In this document: piece after piece, positions 35,691 to 49,550 of the stretch
Layout: every line of letters starts with the position of its first letter
How positions within the stretch are numbered: the first letter of the stretch is position 1
Assembly: GCF_001194135.2 (NCBI RefSeq)
Contig: NC_068997.1
Location: 43,914,734-43,966,246, forward strand
Length of the DNA: 51,513 bases
Origin: Octopus bimaculoides
Lineage: Eukaryota
Reading direction: 5' to 3'
Notes under the pieces: model-generated
Databases searched by the model: none
Seen by the model: the letters and a program-made list of their open reading frames with translations, nothing else
Told to the model about the DNA's origin: nothing
Made by a program: the position numbers and the translations under genes

Positions 35691-35992
35691 AAATACTTTG
35701 TAGCTTGGAGATTTCAATGATGTGATGGTTTATTTATAGAATGACGTTGTAGGGTATGTGTAATAGGCCAGATCTAGCCAGATTGAAGATAATACAGGAA
35801 GAATATTATGACCAGATGTGGCCAAATTAAATTCTAAAAGTTTAATGATAATCAGAGACCAAACCAATCAAAATACAATGTAGAAGTAAATATTTTAAAA
35901 GTCTATTTCTTAACTTTCTATCTTTTTATCTTTTGCTTGTTTCAGTCGTTGGACCACAGCCATGCTGGTACACAGCCTTGAACACTTTAGTC

Positions 35993-36373
35993 CAGTGGGT
36001 TTCAACCAGGGTCCATACAAAATTTTTGGTGGTCCATGCAAGCAAAATAATCAACTGGGAATCCAGAAAAGTATTTCAAGAGTCCTTGAAAGAAAAAAAT
36101 TTTGCTTTAGATGTATTTCTTGCAAGAAACTGCTTGGTTTCTTTCTCTTATGTTTGAAAATAGTTTAACATGTCTCTGGCAAATGAAATATGTTCTCTCA
36201 GTGAGAGCTATTGTAAGCCTATACAAGTGAGTGCGTGAAAAACAAAATAGGAATTTTTAAAAATGTATCTATAAAACCAGCTTTTAAAATGGCTATGGGG
36301 GTGGAGCCCACCAGAATAGAATAGTAAGCAAAGAGGGCCATAGGTAAAAAAAAAAAATGGTGAAGAACCACTG
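35993..36373. mobile_element. hAT (Charlie-type) MITE inside a SINE A copy; same family as 22627-22973 in opposite orientation
   Basis: CAGTGG...CCACTG TIRs with 8-bp TSD ctttagtc (35985-35992, 36374-36381). Confidence 0.9.
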
Positions 36374-36589
36374 CTTTAGTCANNNNNNNNNNNNNNNNNN
36401 NNNNNNNNNNNNNNNNNNNNNNNNNNNNNNNNNNNNNNNNNNNNNNNNNNNNCCTCAGTACTTATTTTTGAAATCCGGTACTTATTCTATTTGTATCTTT
36501 TACTGATCTGCTAAATTGTGGGAGCATAAAGAAGCCAACAGCAAATTTCAAGCAATGGCAGGGAGACAAACACGCACACATTTATGATT

Positions 36590-37010
36590 ACATTCCCCCA
36601 CTACCACCACCAGCTTTCTCTGTTACCTTTCTTTCCCATCCCCAAACTACTTCCATTTCTCATTATCCTCTCCCGTCTGCTGTTTTCACCAGTTACCTCC
36701 TTTTTGCACCTTCCGCTTCTCATTTCTCTGCCATCCACTCTCAATGCCTTCACATATCTACTACAACCCTTGTTCCCAATCCTCTCCCATAAATATCTCC
36801 ATTATTTGCTGCAGTCACCTTTATCCTGCCTACTCATCCAGTCCAAGCTTCTGCATCACCAACCCAATGTCCCCCAAGGGCATGTCCTGACACATCTTCA
36901 CCATATTCTCTAACCCACTCTCCTTTCATTTCCAGCTGGGGTATCCATGTATCTACAGCAAGACACCTATCTCTGTCCCTCTATTCTTTTAATCTTTTAG
37001 CTGGCAGAAA
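36590..37010 (-). mobile_element. Highly decayed LINE (probably RTE) fragment
   Basis: Purine-rich minus strand with a remnant of the GH..RRE...GRPKRRW-type C-terminus and many stops. Confidence 0.35.
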
Positions 37011-37612
37011 GCCAACCCTCCCTTGATACTACTCTTCACTCCGAGTTGAGGGGGTTTTACCTTTTTCTGTCTTGCAAGGTACTTGATGACCCTCACGGTG
37101 ATGGTGCCACATAAAAAGCACTTTTGCTGGTGTTGCATAAAAAGCACTGTTGCTGGTGTTACATAAAAGGTACCTGGTACACTCTATAAAATATTTAGCA
37201 TTTGGAAGGGCATCCAGCTGTAGAAACCATGCCAAAACAGACAATGGAGCCTAGTATGACTCCCAACCTTGCCAGCTTCTGTCAACCCTTGATAGCATGA
37301 AAAACAGACATTGAATGATAAAGATGATGATGATGATGAGGAGGCTTCTACACAGTTTCTGTCCAGCAAATTGTCTCACATTGGTCAGCCTAGGACTATA
37401 GTAGAAGACACTTGCCCAAGATGCCATTCAATGAGACTAAACCCAAAACCATATGATTGCTAAATGATCTTCTAACCCACAAATTTAATAAATTAAAACT
37501 GCCATAACAACTCACCTCATAAGTTTAGACATTTAAAGAAATGGTTTTGATTTTGCTTCTATGTAACAACTTGTTTATTTGTTTCTTTTTTAAAAATTTT
37601 TATCTCATTCAG

Positions 37613-37810
37613 GTTCCCGATTAACAAGTCCCCGACCAACCAATATATCAAAAAGCCGCAAGCGGGCTTTGTCTCATTCTCCAATATCCGACTATTTCGA
37701 CATCCAAAGCTTAACGCGAAGTTCTGAAGGCTCACTCCAGTTAACACCACTTCCTCACAATTCTCGTAGCTCAAGTGCTGCCAGTGGCTCCTATGGTCAC
37801 TTATCTGCTG
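37613..37810 (+). CDS. Gli: Gli exon E (phase 1-1): N-terminal repressor/SUFU-binding region, SYGHLS at 37789-37806
   Basis: ttcag acceptor and gtaaat donor. SRLTSPR...[13 protein letters not shown]...[17 protein letters not shown] is the conserved Gli/Ci block. Confidence 0.97.
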
Positions 37811-38120
37811 GTAAATACCTCTTACTCCTCCTATATCTTGATTCCATTCCTGCTCAACTATGTTTTCATCTGATACTATGACTAAATTACCGCTGACATA
37901 TTTAATGCAGGGAGTATTCAAAAGACTAATGAGGAATAAGAAACAAAATACATTCTTAGTCAGTAACAAGGCGCAGGTTCTGGGTTCAGTCCCACTGCGT
38001 GGCACCTTGGGCAAGTGTCTTCTACTATAGCCTCGGGCCGACCAAAGCCTTGTGAGTGGATTTGGTAGACGGAAACTGAAAGAAGCCCGTCGTATATACG
38101 TATGTATATATATATATGTA

Positions 38121-38177
<57 letters not shown>

Positions 38178-38826
38178 ATGTTTGTGTGTCTGTGTTTGTC
38201 CCCCCAACATCGCTTGACAACCGATGCTGGTGTGTTTACGTCCCCGTAACTTAGCGGTTCGGCAAAAGAGACCGATAGAATAAGTACTAGGCAACAAAGA
38301 ATAAGTCCTGGGTCGATTTGCTCCAGCATGGCCGCAGTCAAATGACTGAAACAAGTAAAAGAGTAAACTAATACTAATAGTTTCATTTCCCTAGCTAGTA
38401 TGGGAGACAACTCCAATCTTATTGTGCTTTCGTTACTGATACTTAGCTCATCATATCTTTATATGGCTTAGTCAGAGAGGAAAGGCAATGCTTCAAGACC
38501 TTTTCATAGAGGCATTGAGATTGTTTGGAACAGAAGAAAGAAGGGGAGTTAACTGTGACGTTCATGCCTATTTCAAGAGAGTTAGCAGAGTAATGGAAAT
38601 TGTGCAATCATGAATCAGACCCCACTAATGTTTCAGAGCTCACTACATTATGTAGGAAATATAAAGGGAGGTTCTGTATTTGATCACAGCTGAATTTGAG
38701 CTAAGCAACAACAATACTAGTCGTCTATCTGTCTATGTACATATATATGTGTGTGTATTTGTGTATACACACACATATACATACACAGAGCTTTATCTCT
38801 CTATCTGTCCATTACTTCTTTCGTAG

Positions 38827-39020
38827 CTTCATTCGGAGCAGTAAGTCCAGCACACCAACACATCCCTACAGCACCCTACCTCCGTGCCACAGCTTTCGCA
38901 CCATCACCATTTTTTTACCCAGTCATGCATCCAATGTTTGCCCGACAGCAGCCTCTTGGTCAAGTCTTGCCGCCTTCATCTCAACCAATTGCTCATCCAA
39001 TTCCAAAGCATGAACCCCAG
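38827..39020 (+). CDS. Gli: Gli exon F (phase 1-0): Pro/His/Gln-rich ASFGAVSPAH...IPKHEPQ
   Basis: tttcgtag acceptor and cag|gtaggt donor. Open frame in phase with exons E and G. Confidence 0.88.
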
Positions 39021-39897
39021 GTAGGTAAAAATCCAAACCTTCCATGTGCCTCTAACCCTCACCAACAATGTTTTATTTTTATTTTATTTTTGCTGTTTCT
39101 TTTTTTCTGTCTTAATTATTTAAATATATGCACAGGTGTGGCTGTGTGGTTAAGAAGTTTGTTTCCAAACAACATTATTTCAGGTTCATTCCCACTGTCT
39201 GGCACCTTGGGCAAGTATCTTCTACTATAACTCTAGGTTGACCAAAGCTTTGTGACTGAATTTGGTAAACAGAAATTGGAAGAAAGGTGGTGAGCTGCCA
39301 GAGTCGTGAGCACACTGGGCAAAATGCTTTGCAGTATTTCATCTGCCGTTGCATTCTGAGTTCAAATTCCACCGAGGTCGACTTTGCCTTTCATCCTTTC
39401 GGGGTCGATTAAATAAGTACCAGTTACACACTGGGGTCGATATAATCGACTTAATCCGTTTGTCTGTCCTTGTTTGTCCCCTCTATGTTTAGCCCCTTGT
39501 GGGCAGTAAAAAAATAAGAAATTATGACTTTTAGCCATCCCTGTACGTATATACTTGTTTCAATTTTTGGCTCGAGACCAGTAGGTTTGGAGTGGGGATA
39601 AATTGATTACATCAATCCCAGTGTTTAACTGGTACTTTATTTTATCAATTCCTAAAGGATGAAAGGCAAAGTTGAGCCTGGTAGAATTTGAACTCAGAAG
39701 GTAAAGTCAGAAGAAATGCTGCCAAGCATTTTTCCTGGCATGGTAATGACTAGCCAGCATACCACCTTCTTTTTGCTCAATATACTAAAGCATGTTCGCC
39801 TTCACTTAATTATGTGTTTTTCATGCTGTAGGCAGTTTGAGAGATTTTTCTTTTATCATTGTCTTTCATTGATGTTTTGTATTTTTCCTTCTACCAG

Positions 39898-40018
39898 ATG
39901 TCATCCTCCACAAGCAAGTGTGATGCAGGTAGTAGTGTGGTCAGTAGTAGTACAATGGAACAAGCAGCAGACATATTTAAACGATCCAAAATTAAAAAAG
40001 AAGTGGAATGCCTCCAAG
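39898..40018 (+). CDS. Gli: Gli exon G (phase 0-1): MSSSTSK...VVSSSTMEQAADIFKRSKIKKEVECLQ
   Basis: ctaccag acceptor and gtaagt donor. VSSST...KRSKIK matches GLI3 AVSSTGDPMHNKRSKIK. Confidence 0.93.
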
Positions 40019-42239
40019 GTAAGTTAACATACTCTACATCATACAAAATAAAAGAAATTGAAGGAAGCTGGCAAGGGAACCATGTGATCATTCAAACTAT
40101 CCAGAAATAACAGCAAAATTTTCCTCAATTCATACAATGCCTTCATCAAAAAGAAAGAAAACATTAGAAAATGTAGTCTTAGATATACTATACCAAGAAA
40201 AATGATGGGATGATGATAGCTGGATCACTGTTGGTCAATGGTCTATTTTGTGATGGTTGACCAGGAGCTAGCTACACAGCAACAAAATGAAATGAAGGTA
40301 ACCAATGAAGAAATCTCAGTGTGGCTGCCTGATCTTCTAGTAAAAGTAGCTAAATCTTCCTCAAATCACATCCTACTATCTTCAGAAGAGAATACATTTG
40401 ATAATGCAGTCCTAAATACATGTCTGAATAAAAAAGACAGAATGATTGTAGATGGAGAAACTCTGATCATATTGGCCTGCTTGTTCAAGGCTAACCATAA
40501 GTTAGACTACTGCATTTAGTCTTTTCTCCTCAAAATGTGAGTTTTCTAGAATTCCCTCCATCCCCATATTTTTACTGCAGCCATCAACTGGTCTCAGGGG
40601 ATCTATGAAGTTAATAGGCACAACACCATCCCCTAGACCAAATCATAAAAAAATGTGCTTTATGTTCAAATCTGAGGGCTGGAGACCACATATATGGCTA
40701 TGGTTTCACTTGGCAATATACAGGACACCTAACCAAGTTATGTTCTCAAGGGAGGTTGAACTCACTAGAAACCAAGGAAGCACTCATTAAGTTTACAGTG
40801 CTCTTGCTCACTAAAAAGCTGGACTTCATTTATAATTAACAAAAATCAACATTAATATATATATTTATATATATATATATATTACAGCAGTATCAGTGCC
40901 AAGTGTTTAGGCATTAGTGAACTTTAGGTTAGTTAAAATATGTTTCCAACATATTTCAACTTCTAAAGACAAATTCACCACAGTTGCCATGGAGAAAAAA
41001 TTCTCTCTTATGGTGAAAAGGTGTAAAAGCACCATATTTGTCCAGTGCTGGCTTCTGGCGGATTCCCAGATATGTTTCTAGCTCTTTAGTCATTATCAAT
41101 GGGAAATAAAGAAGAGAGGCAATTCTGGACAGACTTAATTAACTAAAACACAGTCAACAACATTAACTGAGTTACGCCAGGTTAGTAAAAATTAGAGCAG
41201 TATCAATACCAAGCAGTGTTTAGGTTAGTTAAATATATAGTGCATGACTGAATAGGGATATGAAATGTGGACTAGTACCTTATAGGCTCTCTAATATAAT
41301 TCCAGTTCTGGTTAACCACATCAAATGATATGGAACAACAAAAAAATTGTGTAAGGTAAACAATCACATGGTATTTCACCCGATGGGTAAATCCTGAGTT
41401 TGCTTCTTTGGATTTTATACAGTATAGAGAGTGTATATGTAAGGCATTAAAGTAGTGGACATCTACAAAAGCTTGTTTATTACAGTTATATTTATAATAT
41501 ATTCTCTTTAAAACTCTATCTGACACCTGTTTCTATTGCATATGTATCCTAGGATGAGGTATCCAGTAGCATCCTGTTGGTTCAGTTGCATTGTGTGTGT
41601 GTGTGTGTGTGTGTGTGTAACGAATAAATGAACTAAGGGAAATAATTCAGGTGTTGGCAATGGCACAAGATTTTTGGCAAAATGCAATGCTTGAGAAGAC
41701 TTGTCAAGCCATGTGAAATTGTAGTCATAGCTGATGAGACACATAAAAGCACACATTACACGCTTGGAGTGGTTGGTGTTAGGAAGAGCATCCAGCTGTA
41801 AAAACCATACCAAATCAGACTGGAACTGGTTACAGCTCTCTGGCTTACCAGTTCCAGTCAAACCGTCTAACCCATACCAGCATGGAAAGCAGATGCAAAA
41901 TGATGATGATGATGCTAAGGAATGATGTACACAAAAGTTCCTTATTAATTAAGTTCTTAATGAAAGCAGGCAAAAACTTATCTACAATTAATGCTTCTCA
42001 AAGAAAAGGGAGAAATAATTCTAAACAAATTAAGAGACAATTCTTCAGAATTAATTTCTAAAGAATTAATTTACATGCTTAGAGGAAAAATTGATCTTGT
42101 CAGAGAAGAATATTCAGTTAATTGAGAATTATTTACATACCTGTATATCAACAATTCAAGATGAAAACTAATAACAAATATACTGATAGATATTGAGCCA
42201 GGAATAGCTTACTCTTTCTTTCTCTACTACTTCTCTCTT

Positions 42240-42288
<49 letters not shown>

Positions 42289-42771
42289 GCACACACACAC
42301 ATATGTATGAATGCATATGCACATACACACAGCATGTATTTGAAAGGCAAACGTACTTTAAATAGGTGTTGTTTCTTTTTTTTCTTCCTTATTTTTTTTT
42401 ACTCTACTTTAATAAAGTGTTCACCTGAAATGTCCGTCTACTTCTTTTTTTCTTTTTGCTTTTTTTAGTGTAAAATTCACTGTGCACAACTTTCTATGTT
42501 AATCATTTTGGAGTCTGTGTGTATTTACATTTTGTCCTCTTCTCTTTGAATTTTTGTCTTCCTATTTTAACCTCTCACATTGTCCAATTGCCCATCTCTT
42601 ATACTCTTGTTCCATTTGTGCTATTTTACCCATCTATGTACACATACATACACACACACACACATACATACATACATACATACATACATACATACATANN
42701 NNNNNNNNNNNNNNNNNNNNNNNNNNNNNNNNNNNNNNNNNNNNNNNNNNNNNNNNNNNNNNNNNNNNNNN

Positions 42772-42805
<34 letters not shown>

Positions 42806-42819
42806 TTATTTTTAAATAG

Positions 42820-42983
42820 CAGTGTCTGACCCTGGTGAAGAAGATGAAGAAAAAGCCTGTGCTGAAGATTTGCAGAGAGGCAGCAATCATATTCCACAAG
42901 AAGGTGAACCAGACTTCATTGAGACCAACTGTCACTGGGATGAATGCTTAAGGGAATTTGAAACCCAAGAAGATCTGGTTCGG
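42820..42983 (+). CDS. Gli: Gli exon H (phase 1-0): acidic linker and first half of zinc finger 1 (ETNCHWDECLREFETQEDLVR); alternative start 42823
   Basis: TAGCAG tandem acceptor and gtatgt donor. Matches GLI [21 protein letters not shown]. Confidence 0.96.
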
Positions 42984-44542
42984 GTATGTAAATTGGTCTA
43001 TTCAATTCTAATCTATATTTGTCTTAGTATAGATTGTTGTTATCACTCTTGACCCCTAGGTCTGTCTGGGACAATAGCACCCTATTGTATATCAAGAATT
43101 GCATTATCTAATGCATCTTTCTTTATTTAAGCTGGTAGACTGTAATTTAATACAGAGTTTGGTTCTGTTTCTAACAGCTTGATTGAGCCTTCAGGTTTTT
43201 TCTATTTGCTTGGGTTTTGTACATAGATATATTGATCATTTTTAACATCTGCTCTTCTTTATCGGCAACATTTGGACAGAGCATTTTGAGACAGTGTTTT
43301 ACTGCTGGAAAACAACCCTCTTAGTCTCCTCTTATAATACACAGAGGTATGGTGTACCACTTCTAAAGAGTGAGATACACACAGTCTATAGTTACGCAAA
43401 CGTTTTTGTGCAACAGATAAAATATTCAGTGGGATTTTTTTCATATTTAGTAGCAAGATTTAAAACTGAACTGACAAATTGCCAAGTTAAAATCATAGCT
43501 TAGTAACAGCTTTTACATGTGATTGGCTAAGTTATTGACTAATCAGCATTGAGACATCACTTTATAGATCTTTCTAGAAGCTGCTAGAATGTTCCTTTAC
43601 AAAACTTATAAATAAGTATGTTTTGAATGCCAAACTTCAGTTTGTGACTGTCCACAGCTGAGATAACCACATTCGTATTTTACTGCTTCAATAGTCCTTC
43701 TCATGACTTTTGCACAACTTAAACAACAGCTCTAGTTCACCAACATGAACCCAGTGTGTACATTTTCTCCTGTTTTGGTAGCATAATTTCAGAGCCTTCT
43801 TTATCAACCATTTGTAAGAGCTACAGAATTGTCCATTTCACTGTGTAAACTTTGTTGTTGCATTTTTAATTCATGACCAACATGGAAAATATTTGTACAG
43901 TGAAATAAAATTCTGTTAATTGTTCATGAGTGTTGTGCATTCATTATACGCAGTCAGAACCCAACTCAACTACCAGCATTTCATATCCTTCATCCTATAT
44001 CTATTGTGACAATTAACTACACTTTGTGAAATCTCTTTGCATTCCAAGGTCAAATCCTGTCCAAGTTGACTTGAAACCAGTAAAGCAAAATGTATATAAA
44101 GACACTTGGCACACTGGCATGACTAGAGTGTGGGCAGCCCCAGGTAGCCCTTGAGTTTGCTGCCCTGCCCAGGCTCTAACTTTGTTGAGAAATTTGGAGT
44201 AAAATAACAAGAAGAGATTTCTATTTCCTATCTGTTTAGAACAGTCCATAACTAAACGCTGGTTTTATGAAAGTGAATTATAAAGAAATTTATCAGGACC
44301 ATTGGGACAAGTGTCTTCTACCATAACCTCAGATTCACTTAAGCATTTTGAGTTAAACTGGATAGAGTCTGTTAAATGGATCCTACCAGTTCTTTGTTGG
44401 TATACTTAACTAATCATCTGATTTGATACCACCACCTCCTTTTTTCATTTTGCATTGTTCTTTCTGCACTTGTTTTATTTTCTTTTTCTGCTCTTTCTGT
44501 TTGAATTTGTTAACATCTGAATAAAATGTTGTTTTGTTTTAG

Positions 44543-44692
44543 CATATTAACCAAGACCACATCCAGTTAAATAAGAAGTCCTTTGTGTGCAAGTGGAGGG
44601 AATGTAACCGAGAAGAGAAACCTTTTAAAGCCCAGTACATGTTGGTTGTCCATATGAGACGACATACTGGAGAGAAACCCCATAAATGCTCA
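44543..44692 (+). CDS. Gli: Gli exon I (phase 0-0): end of ZF1 plus ZF2 (HINQDHI...[35 protein letters not shown])
   Basis: ttttag acceptor and gtaagt donor, 150 nt. Diagnostic Gli ZF2; missed by the ORF track. Confidence 0.98.
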
Positions 44693-45144
44693 GTAAGTTC
44701 TCCCTGATTCACATTATTTACAACATTAATCTATCACTGTATTTGTTTGGGGTTTTCCTTTGTGTACTTTGTGTTATCCCTAAATTTAATTAGCAAGAAC
44801 TGTAGCTGACTGTAACTGATATGGTGTCAGACTGTGGACAAAAGGGTCTATTGTTTATATTTTCTCATCAATTCTACATTGTGTTTGTGGCAATAATACT
44901 GATTCCTCAGAGGGTTTAGTCCCAAACTCACTTCTGTAAAAATCTGAAGGATTTTATAATTGACTCATGTTTTATGAAATTTCAGCATTGAATAAAAAAT
45001 TTAACAATAAGTGTAGCTTGAAATGTAAGGAGTTCCTCCAGGTTAACTTCATCTTCACCATTATCTATTTATCTAAATGATGATGATGATGATGGTGATG
45101 GTGATGGTGATGGTGATGGTGGTGGTGGCGGCGGCGGCGATGAG

Positions 45145-45391
45145 GAGGAGGATCTCAAATTTTGGCACAGGGCCAGCAATTTTGGAGTAAGGATGCAAGT
45201 CAAATATATTGACCTCAGTACTCATCTGGTATTTATTTTATTGACCACAAAAGGCTGAAAGGCAAAGTCGACCTTGGCGGAATTTGAACACAGAATATGA
45301 ATGAAAATGGATGAAATGTCACTAAACATTTCCCCCAGCATGCTAACGATTCTGCCAGCTCACCACCTTATATAATAACAATAATAATAAC

Positions 45392-45428
<37 letters not shown>

Positions 45429-45730
45429 GTTTCAAATTTTGCCACAAGGGCAGGAATATTGGGGGAGAGGATGAGTCAATTACATCAACCACAGTGTTCA
45501 ACTGGCACTTATGTTATCGACCCTGAAATAATGAAAGGTAAAGTTGACCTGGCAGAATTTGAACTCAGAACATAGCAACGGGTGAAATACCATTAAGCAT
45601 TTCGTCCAGCATGCTAACAATTCTGCCAACTCACCAATAGCAATAATGCTGCTGATGATGATAATAACTATAATAATAATTTCAAAAGTTTGGCACAAGG
45701 CCAACAATTTTGGGAGAGTGGGTAAGTGGA
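45145..45730 (-). mobile_element. Head-to-tail array of three SINE B copies separated by (AAT)n; similar arrays at 11484-11970 (-) and 30045-30450 (+)
   Basis: Repeated ttcaaattttggcacaagg...gatgaaaggcaaagtcgacc...gaatttgaactcagaa...ctcaccacc units with microsatellite spacers. Confidence 0.85.
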
Positions 45731-45790
45731 TTACTGGAGGAGGAGGGTACTGCCTCCACTATTGATTTTTATTGTATTTGTTTTCTGTAA

Positions 45791-46033
<243 letters not shown>

Positions 46034-48473
46034 TAGATCCCTAGTTTTACCCATGCCATATTCTTATTAATTCATAAACCAAGAAGGGAGCCTCTATACT
46101 CAACCTGCTAAAAAATATTTACTAAATTCCCTTGAAATCACAGCATACTGCCTTACACACAAAAAAAGAACTACATTGGCTAATGTAGTTCTAGATATAT
46201 TGGTTTCAAATTCTGGCACAAGGCCATCAATTTCAAGGGAGAGCTAAGTCGATTACATTGACCTCAGTGCTCAACTGGTACTTATTTTACCTGAAAGGAT
46301 GAAAGGCAAAGTTGACCTCAGTGGAATTTGAACTCAGAACATAAGGATGGACGAAATACCACTCAGCATTTTGCTAATGATTTTGCCAGCTTGCTGCCTT
46401 AGTATAAATTAAGGCAAGACAGACACATAGCAGGAATATCTTTGGTCATAGTTAGAATCCTGGTTAGGATCAACAAGTCCTGATTAGGAATTTTTGCTGA
46501 ATATTAATTCTATTAGTTTTCTCCAGGATTTTGTTGAAAACCTCCTAATCGAAATACACTTAGTTTTTCTGTAAGAACATGGAAACATGCATGTGAAAGG
46601 TTTTTTTCTTTTTGTTAAGTACATGCTGGGGTTCAAAGAGACTTTGCTCATGACTTTTGCAACCACTCCTAAACTAGCAAATTAGTTTTTTGCTCAGAGT
46701 TAATTTCTGCCCTGTTGATCATTCTATCTTTACACACCCACATGTTCTCCTTATTTTTTTGTAGCTTTTGCAAAATCTCTGCATTTCATATTCATGTTTT
46801 GTTACCATACAATATTGCACTTCATTACAAGTATCATACAATATAAACTTTATTCATGGAGTGAATCCTTTATTGCCAGCATTCAGGCAAGCATGTGTAG
46901 ATAAACTCATGTGATATCAAAATATATCATATGAAGATGCTTTGAATAAAGATAGATTGACTCAAGAATATTAAACCAGTCTTAGAAAAATATAGCAGTT
47001 AGAACACTCCTCTTACAAGACAATATCCCACAGTACATTCTTAATACCAACATTGATGCCAACATTTGGGATACTTGACTGGTCTGTAGGTTTTATCCAC
47101 TTCATAGGCATTAAAACCCACAAAATCTTGACATCAACTGGAAAACTCCACAGAAACAGTTACATTGGTTTCAAAGCCAACAGTTCAAGGGGAAGGTGCT
47201 AAGTTGATTAAATCAACCCCAATACTCAACTGGTACCTATTTTATTGACCCCAAAAGGATGAAAAGCAAAATCAACTCCAGCCAGATTTGAACTCGAAAT
47301 GTAAAGAAGGACAAAATGTCATGAAGCATTTTGCCTGGCATGCAAAAGATTCTGCCTGCTCACCGCCTTAACAGAAACAGTACCTAAGAAGAGATGAAAG
47401 AAGTAGAGGCTTGAGACTAGTGCAGACAGATTTTGAATGTCATACAGTACATCTCAGACAGCACCTACTAAACAACAGTAGCAAAAAATATATATACACA
47501 CACACACACATATATATAAACCTAGTACTGAAAAGAACAACATCCTACATCAGCAGAGAACTCATCAGGAAGCACTTTCTTCCCAACAACTTCCCTTACA
47601 ACCTCCAAAGGGCTGGACTAATATATCTCAAGAAGTGGATGTGAAATGCTCAGCATACTAGAAAGTGATTTTGCTTGAGTGTGTACTCCAAAGACTTGAG
47701 GATGACACTAATATTGATTTCAAATTTTAGTGCAAGGCAAGCTATTTTGGGGAAGAAGTTAAGTTGGTTACATTGACCCCAGTGCTCATGTGATACTTAT
47801 TTTATTGACCCTGAAAGAATGAAAGACAAATTCAACCTCGGCAGAATTTGAACTTAGAACATAGAGACATGAAATGCTGCTAAGCATTTTGCCCAGCACA
47901 CTGATGATTTCTCTGCCAGCATGCCACTTTGAGGATGACACTAATCTTAGTATGAACTGCAGCCTTTCTTGGATTCATGCCGACTACAACACATTATACT
48001 TTAAAGGCTCTGCATTTGCAATCCAAAAGATTGCTACAGAGTACCTTGTAAATAAAAACACAACCACCCATTACATGGGTGCAAGTATATCCACACATGC
48101 ACACTAACTCAGTCATATATTCACAAATCCCTAGAATTCTCTTGACCCAAACAAAAATGCTTCGGTGCTTTGTTAGTAATAGGCTTGAATGATTTAATAA
48201 GAACTTGAATAAATCTCAGAAAACCAAATATGCTTTATTCCTCCCAACAGAGTTGGTTCTCTGATACAAACTTCCTGTCTTTAACTGATGTAGATTTAAA
48301 ACTTCCATCAAAATTTCAAGCTAACTTATGTTTTAAACACCAACTTAATATAACAGTCATTTTACTTAATTCTTCATTATTTTCAAAGTTAATTAAAACA
48401 AATGCAGTTTGTTCCAAGAAAAACAGAGTAAGGAAGGGTTAATATGTAATTGGCTCTCTGATTGTTCTTACAG

Positions 48474-48635
48474 AAACCCTATGTATGCAAGGCTCCCAAC
48501 TGTACAAAGCGTTACACAGATCCCAGCTCACTGAGGAAACATGTGAAAACAGTGCATGGTCCTGAGTTTTATGCCAATAAGAAGCACAAAGGCAATGAAC
48601 ACGGCTATTGTAACCCAAAGACAGAACCAGATCAT
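48474..48635 (+). CDS. Gli: Gli exon K (phase 0-0): ZF5 plus basic NLS-like KKHK
   Basis: ttacag acceptor and gtgagt donor. Encodes [30 protein letters not shown]. Confidence 0.98.
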
Positions 48636-49332
48636 GTGAGTAAAATCCAGATTTTTTTCTACATTTGTTTGTGTTTGTGAAAGTTATCAGTATGTTAATA
48701 GCTTGTATTCTCATTTAATATCAGTAGTTTATCTCACAACTTAATCTCACATTCATTGAGGAGGATGTGACAAAATACAGAACTAATAAGAATAACACTG
48801 TGTAACATGATTCTTGCCCTTGGGTAGCAACTGTTGTTTCTTATTTGCTTACCCCTAGAAAGTAAGAAAAATGGCTAATATTTCCTTCAAACTTTGCTTT
48901 TCTTACACTTTAACAAACACCAAAGGATCCCTCTTAACACATGGCTATGATGCTCCTTCGCTATTCCTGCTCATCATCAGAGATGCACATATTGTCAGCT
49001 GCTAAGGTCAATCAACTGACAAGCAAATCTGTGGTATTGAGCAGAATATTTGCTATAACTATATTTCTGCTTCAGCAACTAAGTATTGAATCTGTCTAAA
49101 ATGTAATGGTAAATAGGTCAGTTCCAAAACATTGAAGTCCAGGTCAGAAAAGCTAAGTTTGAAGGGAATAGCAGTCACTTCCTTTGGTTTCTAGATAGAA
49201 GCAAATAGGAAATAACACTTACTGACCAAAGACAAAAATAAAATTGTGTTACACTGTGTAATGATTACGGTGAGAAATATTTGACCAAACAAAAACAGGT
49301 TAATGTGTTCACTTTGTAATATGCATAGACTA

Positions 49333-49550
49333 CGAGGTGGGTGCTGAAAAGTTCCTGGCTTTGGATAAAAGAAAATACAGGAGGATCAGTTAATTATGAT
49401 TTTATCCAACATATTCCCCTCTCAGATTCACACACTTGTTGCAGCAGTTGCTCAGTTTTTCTAAGCCCTGTAAAAGAACTCAGAAGGTTGGACTTCCAAC
49501 CAAGCCTTTTATAATACTCTCAAAGCCAGGAACTTTACAGCACGTCTTTG
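49333..49550. mobile_element. mariner-like MITE
   Basis: ta|CGAGGTGGGTGCTGAAAAGTTCCTGGCTTT ... AAAGCCAGGAACTTTACAGCACGTCTTTG|ta; TA TSD. Confidence 0.8.

Noticed and set aside
37559-38416. 285-aa minus-strand ORF and other 60-160 aa ORFs in the track
   Set aside because: They are read-through of SINEs, microsatellites, N runs or antisense to Gli exons, with no protein-like signal.
47521-47660. Q/P-rich coding-looking stretch between exons J and K
   Set aside because: The available acceptor gives an immediate stop in phase 0; no donor or homology.
48061-48070. AACCACCCA, near the Gli consensus GACCACCCA (autoregulation)
   Set aside because: A single mismatched 9-mer is expected by chance, and I saw no perfect site by eye.
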